Source: Stegostoma tigrinum (Eukaryota). Taken from it: DNA of 64,000 nucleotides. How positions within the stretch are numbered: position 1 is the stretch's first letter; each line of letters starts with the position of its first letter. Below are positions 11,560 to 22,700 of the stretch, piece by piece. The notes under the pieces were generated by a model. It saw nothing but the letters and a program-made list of their open reading frames with translations, had not been told where the DNA came from and made no database searches. The position numbers and the translations under genes are program-made. Where the stretch lies: the NCBI RefSeq assembly GCF_030684315.1, contig NC_081362.1, positions 10,596,589-10,660,588 on the forward strand, given 5' to 3'.

Positions 11560-12770
11560 GCATCTTCAGTGGGCAGTCAATGCAGCCTTCTCTTTCTCTG
11601 AAAGTATGTTGGGTAATGGCAGTATGAATGGGCAACATTGGAGTGCTCTGAGATCCATAGTAGGGCCTGGCAGGTGTGTTCTGGCACTGACACTATTTGA
11701 CATATTCTTCTCTCTGCTGTTGTGACTGACAGATGATGGAATCTATTTACGTAACAGAACTGATGGCAAGTTGTCCAGTTTTGCTCAATTGTAATCGAAG
11801 ACAAAGGTGCAGCAAGTTGTTTTCAGAGAGGTGTCCTACGCTGATGTTCCTGCCCAGTGCGGCACATCTTCAGCACAAATGGACCGAGTCTCCCATACTT
11901 GTAAAGGCTTTCATTTGTCCATTAGCATTAGGTAGACAAATCCAGGCTGTTACCATACTGCCATCTATCAACAGGAACAATGTGATGCTGCACATTATTG
12001 ACAGATTCACACGGACAGACTCTGCAATCCTCATAAATCCATCTATTGATGCAGAAATAAACTCACACTTTGCGAAAACTATTGCAGTTACTGCCAAGCT
12101 GAATAAAGACAGCATAAAACAGCAGCTTGGCTAAGAGTGTCAAACTGTGAGTCTGGGAAGCTTGCATCCACAGTCCACTCATCTGCAGCGATGAGACTTG
12201 GCAAAATCTGATTGACAAGAGAAATGACTCAACAGTTTCCATATTTGCTGTCACACAGGTATCTTTGGACAGTCACCAACTCAGGGGTCCTGGAGCATGC
12301 TAATTCCTTCAGCATACACTCCTTCCTAAATCAATGATGTTTGCACTGCCTCAGCCATGGTCATTAGATAAATGATGGTTGCATACCCAAAGATCTTCTA
12401 CACAGTGAACTCACCCCTGAGTCGCAATCTCTTGAGCACCCATTTCTCCACTTTGAAGATACCAGCAAGCAAAATATTAAGATGGTGAATATTGGTACTA
12501 ACAATTGAGAGCTAGTTGTGACATCTGGGGGTTACCTGTTTGGACAGTATTGGAAGAGGCGAGGAGAAAGTGAAAGATCACCTGACTGAGTCGATGGTCC
12601 AGAGAAAATGTAAGCTAGTGACTCACATGCCTTGTCAGCCTGCTGTCTTTCTCTATTGAAATATGGCAGAGAATGGCATGCTGCAGTGGGGCTCCTGAGC
12701 AACTTCAGGAGATGCCTAACATAGAGTTAAACAACTTGAAGCAAACTTTCATCTAATGAGACAGACGGCT
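11560..12770 (+). mobile_element. Ancient RTE-clade LINE 3' fragment
   Basis: Degenerate RT motifs CVLALTLFDIFFS, GIYLRNRTDGKL, REVSYAD (cf. RELLYADD) and LLHSEL..PFLHFEDT near the C-terminus. Confidence 0.7.
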
Positions 12771-15289
12771 GGAATCTTGCAATGAGAAATCTTTATAAGA
12801 CCCCACACACTGTAATGTATTCACAGGACACTGAAGTGTCATCAGAAGTGTCACTCAAGTTCTTGTAATCAATGGAGAAATCTATGATTGATTTAATGAA
12901 TTATAAGCTCTATTGTGATTTGGCATTGTCCCTTGTCTGACTGACCATTGGAAAATGTGATTTTTTTTAATCATGGTCACCTACTGTTTATTTTAAATAT
13001 GCGAGAGGACTGTTAACTTTATTTATAGGAAAGGAAACAAGCAACAGTTGGGCTGAGAATTTGGTGGTCTGTTCTCATAAGCTCTGTAATCTGCCATTCT
13101 CTGATATCTGAACAATCAAAGAGAAGTTTTTTTTGCTCCATGATCACAAACTACGTACAGCATTCATTTTTAAATATTAGAGAGGACTGCTGTTTTAGGT
13201 GTTGCAAGCAAAATCAAACATCACACAATGAATATCTTTCCGACTTCATTTGAAATGACAAGTTGGTGAAATATTGTGTGAGATCATAATATGACTACAC
13301 TTTCAAAAGAACTTTTGATATGGAGAAACAGCGGCTCAGCTACACCACAGAATTATTTTAAACTCCTGGATACCCCATAAATCATTCGTAATAATTATAG
13401 CTTCACACCTGCACAACCCATGGGTTGACTGAACAACACTTCCAACATTTTCAATTCTGAAAAGATCACTCCAGAAATGTATTGCAATTATTGTAACCGA
13501 TTGCATTAGGTTTGCAATTTTATTGCTGAAATCACTGCGGCAACTGATATTTTAAAATTTTGGACTTACCATATTGACTGACTTGTGGTGGTAATATTGA
13601 TCAAAAGCTGTGGTCACTGGCAAGTATTAGTCACCAAAAAATCATAACGCATATGTTTCCATGAAAGAAACGCACAGCGAGCACCCTTCAACCTTTTTGA
13701 AGAAAGTTAGAAACATTATGAAAAATGTAATATCCGTTTTTTCCATTGCCTGTCATTGTTGATTTATTTTTTAGATGTCTTTTACATTTCAAGCAATAAT
13801 GACATTGTCAAGACTCCTCTTTGGTAGAGTTTATTGATCTTGACGAGAATTGGAAACTGAGTTATTACAAGATACTGAAATGATAGGCAAGTTGGATCAA
13901 TGGCTATATAGAATGATGGCAAATGTGTGTATATTGTTCAGCAACTCCTCTCAGCAAATTATTCAGCGATGATATCATTTATTAGCATACATTTCCTATC
14001 CATCATAATCTTGGCATCACAAGATAGCCTCGAAATGTCATCATGTAGCAAATTTCTGAGTCATACTCATAGTTGATTCAAATCAGCCGACCTCAGTTCA
14101 GATTTTGCTCACCTGACCGGCTCACTCATTTATTGTTCCAGAGGTTTAGTTGGGAGGCTGTGCTCCCATGAGAACTGACCCCATTTTAACGCCCCAGCCC
14201 ACGTGTTGCTCTGGGGTGGGTTTAACTCCTGGGGGGGGGTTGGGCAAGGGAATATTGTTGGCTTCCTGACGCTGGGAGGTAAAGTGGTGCTTTAGCCCCC
14301 GTGTGGACATCGAGCCAGGAAGGGGGGGGGGCCTCAAAATTTCTGTCTGTTAAGCCAAGTCCAACATTGGGGAAAATAGGCATCCCAAAGGGTCTTATTG
14401 CTATTAGCATTCAATCTGAACTCATGGCAGCTATTGCTACCTTGGGACCTGCAACTCCAAAATCTCATCTTGTGATCCCACTAATTTCTGGATAGAGTCA
14501 TTATTTAATGTTTCCTCCTTACAGGTTTGCTAGGCTCAAATGATCTTCAGTGATTCTTTTCGTCAGTGTTACCTGTCCTCAAACTTGTCCAGTGAACCTC
14601 ACCAGACTTCTTGAATTTTCCAGCTGAACATGACATATATATCTCCAAACTACTGCGTGTTGCTTAGCAACTTATCTGTTTGCCCTGCGCTTTAAATCCA
14701 TTGCGAAAAAAACTGAACACATACAAGAACAATGATAGCCATGGGGATTAATTGGAGTGAACCAGAGAGTTTGGTTCACAGCACGAGTAATAATCTCACC
14801 ATGCTACATAATAAGTTCCAAATATTAGGGACAATTTTAGAAAATTGTTCTCCTAATGGGAACATTGCGTGCAAATGGATTAAAAAAAAGTAATAGGCAG
14901 ATTCACCATAATTTCACTTTCACTAAAATGAATCATAGTGAGCTTGACAGCAATTTTCCAGGAGCTGTTCTTGGTGGGCGAGGTTCAATGTTGTGAGTAC
15001 GGATTCATAAATCATCACTCTGGCATCAGGACTAATGAACAAAGAACATTATTAATCTGCAGAAACTCAACATGAAACCTTTTGAGAATCTTCAGAATTC
15101 CCTGCATGATAGAACAGAAAGCATACGGCACCATTCTCTCCGCGCGCACACCAAAGTGTTTTGACAAGCTGTACAGCTTCGTGGAGTGAGTGGCAATCAC
15201 TGTGGAATCCCCAAGGGTAGAGACCTCAAATGCTGATATAATTCTGCGCAACAACCCCAATGACTGCAAGTAACGAGACTTTACAGTTC

Positions 15290-15628
15290 GCTTTGTACCA
15301 TCTGCAAGGTGCACTGCATTAACTAAGCTCTTTTGCAAGCAACTTCCAAACCAGAGACATCTATTACCAGGAAGGACAAGGACAGCAGACAAATTGGAAT
15401 ACCACCAGCTGAAAGGTCCATTCCAAGCCACACACCATCCTGAGAAGAGACTGAATCACAATTCCTTTTCAATATTCAAGAACCCTCCCTCTCACAGCAC
15501 TATGGGTGCCCCTGCACCTCCAGGGACTGTCAATGGTTCAAGAAAGCCACCACCTTTTCCAGGGTAATTGGAAATGAGCAATAAATCCTGGCTTAGCCTG
15601 GGACGCCCACATCCCATGAATGAATAAT
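15290..15628 (+). mobile_element. 3' end of a CR1/L2-group LINE sharing its tail with SINE-B
   Basis: Ends ..aataaatcctggcttagcctgggacgcccacatcccatgaatgaa; reverse complement of 58490-58755. Confidence 0.75.
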
Positions 15629-15924
15629 GAGAAAACAAGAATGAGCCAGCAGCTGCAGAAAGCCAAGAATGTATGAGATGAATACAGGCTTTTCCTCTCT
15701 TAGAGAAGCACATGAGATTTCAGGCTGATGTCAATAATGGAGCACTGGGGGTATTTCTGGCTGTCAACATCCACCCATTCTGCTCCTTCCAAGTGTTGCA
15801 ATACAGTTGACTATTAGAAGAAGAAAATAGATTGGCTGCCAAGAATATCACAGTCCCCTGCATTGGTTCCAGTGGTCAAAGACAAAACTAATGTTGATCC
15901 AAATAATTTCCTCTTCACATATAA

Positions 15925-16132
15925 TTTCCTCCCACAGTCCAAAGGTGTGCAGTTTAGGTAGATTGGCCATGTTAAATTGCCCATAGTGTCCAGGGATGTG
16001 TAAGTTAGGTAGTTTGACCATAGGTAATGCAGGTTACAGGGTCAGGGGTTGGTCTGGATGGGTGCTCTTTGGAGAGTCAGTGTGACCTGATGGGCCGAAT
16101 GGTCTGTTCCACCATAGGGATTCTATTGTTCT
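15925..16132 (+). mobile_element. V-SINE, 5'-truncated
   Basis: tttcctcccacagtccaaaggtgtgcag..gggccgaatggtctgttcc. Confidence 0.8.
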
Positions 16133-16529
16133 ATATACTGCAGGGTCATTGGATGGTATCTCAATGCCAACAGGAACGCCATACTCAATGGGCTCAATAC
16201 GTGCTGCACTTCTTGAAGGTAGTCCCTGATGGAAGTACCCAGACCTCCCATCCTATCATTTTGGAAAACAACAAATGGTAAATACCTGGATAAAATGCAA
16301 GTTTATCTGATAAATAATGCCAAGGTGATCTCATTCAGTCAGTGGTGGCTTTAATCACAGGCATAGCTATCTGCCATCTGCTGGATGCTGTTTGCACATC
16401 GTGTTCCAGTTTACGATGCCATCAAATTTGCTGAACCTGCTCTTGTCCAAATTGTACCCTTTTCTTGCTATTCACTCCACACCCGAAAAATCATTGCCTC
16501 ATCATTTAATAAGAAAAATTTCAGAGTAT

Positions 16530-16742
16530 AAAGGCATCATTGGCTAGGCCAGCATTTATTCCCTGTGGCTAATTGCCATTGAGAAGGTGGTGATGAGCTG
16601 CCTTCTTGAACCACTACAATCTTTGGGATAGGCGGGAGTTCCAGGACCTTGGCCCAGTGACATTCAAGGAACGGCCCTATTGTTCCGAGTCAAGGTAGCA
16701 AGTGGCTTGGAGGAAACTTGCAGGAGGTGGTGGTCTGCGTCA
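16530..16742 (-). mobile_element. 3' end of the LINE sharing its tail with SINE-B
   Basis: Matches 58505-58740. Confidence 0.75.
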
Positions 16743-19700
16743 TACTACTTTATTTCTGGGTGCTCACAAATCGACACTAGCCACCTGCCTCTTTGTTCTA
16801 TTAAGGGGTTTCTCTTCCTGCGATAACACAGTGAATGAGCATAACCATTGAAAAATGTGTAGCCAATACCACTTGCAAAGGCAAGGGTAATGATACTGAA
16901 GTACAATGATTGCATCTGGAGATATAGAACTAATTAATGCTGAAATAAAGAAAACAGCAAACAGAAGGGAAAAAAAATCACTAATACACAAAGTTCAATT
17001 GCCTGAGACAAAAACTCCCGTCAGATTGTGAGTGTCTCTCATATAGCAACATCTATAGATGACAGTCAGATAAAATCTCTAGTGAAGTGTAATACAGGGA
17101 AAAGTAGATCAAAGACACCATGTTTCTAGCTCAGTGATACTCTGTTCCAGTGACAACAAACATATAAGTACATCCACCAGAAAGGCTTAGTCCAAAAACA
17201 AGCAGACTTGGATGACTATTGCATGACAATCCAAAACACAGTAAGACTTTGATAGCTAAACTCTTTGTCTTGAATCAGCAGAATTTTTTGTTAAACAATA
17301 GGGACAGGCATGTTTTGTATTTGGCAGACCTGAAGGAGAGTCACCTCAAACCTTTCTCATTAATCTGTCTTCATTGCTTTTTGATAAATTGGACTTGAAG
17401 CACAATAAGTAAACAAAGTGGAGAAGCTCCACACTTGTGGCGCTCCTGTTGCTAGTTCTCCTCAGTAACATGGACCAGATTGGTCAGCCCTTGAACAGTC
17501 CCACCTTTATCCTGGGAATCCTCAGACTTGAGGGTGAGGAAGATTCCATCCTATCCAAAGTGTCCTCCTCGATCATGATCCACTGGAGTTCTACTCCAGT
17601 TGCCCCTCACTTGTTTCCCAGGCCTTCTGCATCTGCCATTCCCTCTGCCACATTTTGGTCCACTGCTCATGCCCTCTGGTTTGGCCACCCACACCCGCAC
17701 ACCTGCGAAGGACACACGCGAGCCAAGGCATTCCCCCTACACCATGCTATCTCCCCTCACTACCACTGACAGGAGATGATCCAGTTGACAGCCAGCATGG
17801 CAACCATGGGTCCCAGTGCAAGTTATGGGGACAGTGCATCTGAACTCGAACACACTAAAGAAGAACTTAAAAGTTGAGATGGGATTTACTCTTGATTGGC
17901 TTTCGGTACGAGGCCCACACGTAATTCCCACGGTGCAGTACCAGCTATCAAGGCTAGAGAATGGAGGGATACAGGAACAGGGTGGGTGCACAGGAATTTC
18001 TTATCTGGATGACAGACACTAACGTGGACAGGTCAGACAGTGAGCTAAGCATGGGGTTAACACTTTATCAGTGTGCTGTACTTCTTAGTTGGCACACTGC
18101 ATTCCATCTGCCATCATTCTATTCCTTTGAAAATTTTGTCGTTCCTTAACTATTTCATCGGCATTACAACCCCAAACTCCCACTTTCCCAGTTTAGTATC
18201 ATGTGTGATTTAAGCCATTGTTTATGGGCTGAATCTTACGATTTTGTTTCACTAAATAATATCAAGGTATTGAGATCATCAAACACTCCACTCCTTACAT
18301 AGTGCTGGCACATTGTTGTGATCCTGAATTGCATGATCGATATCTGCCGTCACTGAAAGGGAGCACCTAGGCAATGAAAATTGATCTATTTTGTCCACTG
18401 ATTGTCACAGGATCTTAATACTTCTGGTGACATGATCCGAAATGCATTGCTCAACAGAGCATCAAAAGCAGGATCAATAGTACTTTCAAAAGTGGTAATT
18501 GTTTTAAAAGGTGAAGGGAACAATGTGTAGAGCAAAGGGAAAACAGCAAGCAAGTCCAACTAATTGGCTACGTCTTGCAGAGCCACAGGCACAGGTAAGA
18601 TGGGCAAAATGGCCTCTTCCGTTCTGCAACACTCTTATTATTCCATGAAGTTGTTTTGGTTTTAGATCTCTTCATTCTCTAAAATTTGGATGTAATTGGA
18701 ATCAGAGAATGGTTACTTCACAGGAGGCCATTCAGCCCATCATAAAGCAGAATGCAAAAATGCGGTTTTAATATTCTGGCTATTGTGTTGTGCTGCTCTC
18801 CCTCTCTTGCTATTACCCGCCTAACATATAATTCAATTTCAAGCTGTGACATGCCCTCAGGATCACCAGCTGTTTGTTCCTCATTAAGTTTTTTTTATTT
18901 ATCTCTCGAGCATTGTTGCCCTGGGATTTAACAGAAAGTGGAGAAACAGCACAAGTGACCCTGGTGCACAGATGGTACTTAATGGATCAAGATGTGGAGA
19001 GAATAATTTTGTACAACTTCGTTCTGTGGAATTCTTGTGTGACAACCTGCTGGTCAATTCACTGTGCATTTAAAAAGAAATTCAATGTTGGCCTTGTTTC
19101 ACATCTCTGTGGTATAGTTTTTAACAGTTCCACAAAAAGCAGAGAAAAAGAAATGAAGTCAGATGTCTTTCTGAAAACTTGCAAAGATGATTAGTCATGA
19201 GGAAGGTGCTGTCACATCCTGGGGCAGAAGACAGTGACAGAATTCATACAATAACACTCACAATCAACCAAATCTATACATTCTTAGGGATAAATTGACT
19301 TTTGCTGTTTTGAATTGCTGTTGGGGTGGGTACAACTGTGCAAATATTGTACTTATTGCCCATCTCCAGCTTCTCTAAGGCCATTGAGAATTGACCACTT
19401 GGCCTGGGACAGAAATCACATAAGTCAGCTCCATACAGGTGTGCAGGTTCCAGTTGTGTGCTTACAGCAATTGTGCAGCTGTTTGGGTCACTATTTAGTG
19501 CTCACCACAGATTGCTACATCTATTAAGTTCAATTTCACAACTTAATATTGAGCTCATGACTTCTGGGTTGGTCAATCAGCACCATAAACACTAAACTAT
19601 TGGTTTTTCTTACAACCTGTATCCTCCTCCTTCTCTCGTTGAACTACTGCTTGTTAAGGCACCATCTAGCCCATCACTGGAGACTGATCTTTCACTTTCT

Positions 19701-19869
19701 TTTGTCCCTTAAAACTCACACCAAATCACCTCAACTTCCACTACCTTCAAAATCCATCTTAACAGGAGAAATTTGGATTCCCTCAACCTCTGGTGTCTGT
19801 GGACTCTTCATGTCAACACATGGTGTGGGGGAAATGATGCTTCCCTGTTGTTATCAGACTTTTGAACAG

Positions 19870-20030
19870 ACCTCTCAGAGAGTTATAGAGATATACAGCA
19901 CATTTGCCAGTATTTGGACCAAATCCCTCTAAACCCTTCCTATTCGTATTCCCATCCAGATGCCTTTTAAACGTTGTAATTGTACCACCCTCCACCATTT
20001 CTCTGGCAGCTCATTCCATACACACACCAT
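19870..20030 (-). mobile_element. CR1 3' end fragment
   Basis: VEGGTITTFKRHLD..NRKGLEGFGPNTGK. Confidence 0.8.
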
Positions 20031-20844
20031 CTTTCTCTACACGTTTTCTGTAGCTGTAACACTGCATTCTGCATTCTTATTCTACTACTCTGATATACTG
20101 AGGTAAGGTATTATTTGTCTGCTTAGCACAGAAAACAATACTTTTCACACGTGACAACATGAAATCAAATCAAATCAATTATGCTTCACTAACTCTTTCC
20201 CTGTCACTTAGTCAGGGAAGGGAATAAGCTCTATAAATCACTTCTGGGTGACAAAGGGTTTCCTTTTGCCATTATTATGGATGGTAACCTTGATCAAAAA
20301 GCAGAACACGAGCCTTACAATGAAGCAAAGCCGACTACCAGGCTGGTTGATTGAGAAGACTTTAAGAAAGATGAAAGTACAGCTCTATCCCTTCTTTAGC
20401 ATCACTGGAGTAGTCTCTGCTTACAGATCATGTGCGACAATCCCATTTGTCTATAGTTCTAAAATGTCACTCTTGAGCAAGCTTTTCAGAGGCACACTGC
20501 AGCTGGTGGAAGAAGGTGAAAGGATTTCTAATCCACCCATTCCCCTGTTTCCTTGTGGGAATGCCTCTATCTACAAAGTAGCATCCCTCGGCAGAATTGT
20601 AAAATTCATACAAATGACAGGTAGTACGTCGCAGACACATTCCCCTACGTTCTCAATACCAGCAGAGTTTATCCATTTTCCTTCCACACTGGTGGAAATT
20701 TCAGCATCCAAGCTGCTTTATGAAACCTTTTACAGGATATTTCTTTACTTAAATGAGTTATTAATTTTTAAACGTTGCAACGAAACAACATTGAAGTAAC
20801 CACGTTCATATACAATGTATTTTAAGGCAGTCACTGAGATTAAC

Positions 20845-21185
20845 ACTATTGCTGAAAAAAAAGACGCTGTTGCAGCATTTCATTTTGCTCTCATCAGGAT
20901 AGAATTGCAAGAATACCAAATTTCAAAGGCAACAACAACTTATACTGCATGAGCGAAGAGTGAAGATTTGTTTACAAATAGACTCTGACTGGTTAAGGCT
21001 TTGTCATGGAAAATGTATCAGGGAATGATTGTTCCCCTAAAGTATTTGTTTAGTTGAAAAAGCTGCAATACGTAGACATATTACTTCCGTTTTCATGGGA
21101 CAGGGCCCTGCAAATGAATATGTATAGCTTCCTGCAAAAGTAAGTGGTGCACAACGTAAGCCCTAATGATAATCTTAAAGCCAGG
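20845..21185 (-). mobile_element. PLE 3' end of another family (GIY-YIG C-terminus plus decayed hammerhead)
   Basis: Minus translation FKIIIRAYVVHHLLLQEAIHIHLQGPV, then a 3' UTR with CTGATGA-gagcaaaat-GAAA at 20897-20878. Confidence 0.6.
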
Positions 21186-21195
21186 CTTGTCCTAT

Positions 21196-21730
21196 TAGAG
21201 TAATAGAGCTGTAGAACTTGGAAACAGACTCTTTGGTCCAACTCATCCATGCCACCCAGATATCCTAAATTAATCTAGTCCTTTTTGCCAGTACTTGGTC
21301 CATTTCCCTCTAAAACCCTCCTATTCACATATCCATCCAAATTATTTTTAAATTCTGTAATTGTACCAGCCTCCACCACTTCATCTGGCAGTTTATTCTA
21401 TACACACGCCACCCCTCTACACGAAAAAGCTGTACCTTAGTTAATTTTTAAATCTTTCCCCCTCACCTTAAACTTATACCCTCTAGTTTTGGACTCCCCT
21501 ACCCTGGGGAAAGGACCTTGACTATTTACCATATTTATGCCCCTCATGATTATATGAGCTTCTATAAGGTCAACCCTCAGCCTCAGAAGCTCCAGGGAAA
21601 ATAGCCTCAGCCTATTCAGCCTCTCCCCATAGTTCAAACCATCCAACCCTGGCATCCTTGTAAATCTTTTCTGAACCCTTTCAAGTTTCACAACATCCTT
21701 CCTACAGCAGGGAGACCAGAACTGATGCAA
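21196..21730 (-). mobile_element. CR1 3' fragment
   Basis: ORF 21437-21736 QFWSPCCRKDVVKLERVQKRFTRM..LRVDLIE. Confidence 0.9.
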
Positions 21731-22019
21731 AATCATATTTCATGTTGATTCTCCTTTATGAGTTTTGCAAGACTGGGCTAGTTGACTATGGTCGGTACAA
21801 TGCTCATTGCCAACAGGGACATGCTGATTGCTATAATACAACCCAGTTACTTGGTGTGCCTAGCATTGAAATTCATGGCTAGATGGCAGCATTCTGTGGC
21901 AGCATAGCCACTTATGTTGCTACTGCATTGTAGCATAGGTGAGCCTCACCTGGTTCTCAACGTTTTGAGGTATTTTCCCAGCCAAGGTAATTTGAGGTAG
22001 CCTGGGAACTTATCAGAAT

Positions 22020-22700
22020 TAATTATGTCAGTTTTAGGCTTATCATGAGTTTTCACAAAGTACAATCAGCCACGATCTATTTGGGGTATTATCCCACAGG
22101 ATATACTCCATTTCAGTATTAAGCTTGCATATTCACCAAATGGTTCGAGACCTATTTACAACTGTTTACGTGCTGCCACAGATTCAAATGTAGCAAATGT
22201 ACCATTTACATATTGGAAGTACGTAAAGGGTGGGGGCTAGGGGTCATTCCAATAACAAGTGTTTCATAGGGGAACTGATGATACTGTTAGTAGGGGCTGG
22301 CCCAAGAGGATCCCAGGGGAACACAATTTATTTTGACATGCATGATTTCATAAAACTGAACTCCACTGTGCAAGTTTCTAAGTTGATAATTCAATGATTA
22401 CAGACTTAGATAATGGTGATACTTTCAAAGTGCCAAGATTTGGTGATATAATGCAAATGTCTATGGTTTCCTGGAGCAACATGTTAATGAACAGGCTTGT
22501 AACATTGAACAAGCACATAGACATGGCATTGCAATTAATAAGTAACTCTTGTATAGTCTTCACAGCCCAGAACTGATTGAAGAAATTCATACAACCATTT
22601 AGCCAATCCATGTTGTGTAAAACTAATCATGAAGAAGGCAGGGCATAAAATACATCATTAATGTAAGTTTGGGCATCTTGCACATACATGGATGCAGTGA
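22020..22700 (+). mobile_element. Possible very old Rex1/Babar-like RT remnant
   Basis: Faint motif order KWFETYL..P.GS..Y.DMHDF..KL(ADD)..ITDL.NGD across frameshifts. Confidence 0.25.

Noticed and set aside
13560-13710. Minus-strand exon ending at a GGTAAGT donor (~13568)
   Set aside because: The longer candidate has stops in all frames and the shorter one has a poor acceptor
14140-14490. GC-rich patch (also 41170-41740) as a CpG-island promoter
   Set aside because: Short with few CpGs; more likely a decayed non-autonomous transposon, but no termini could be defined
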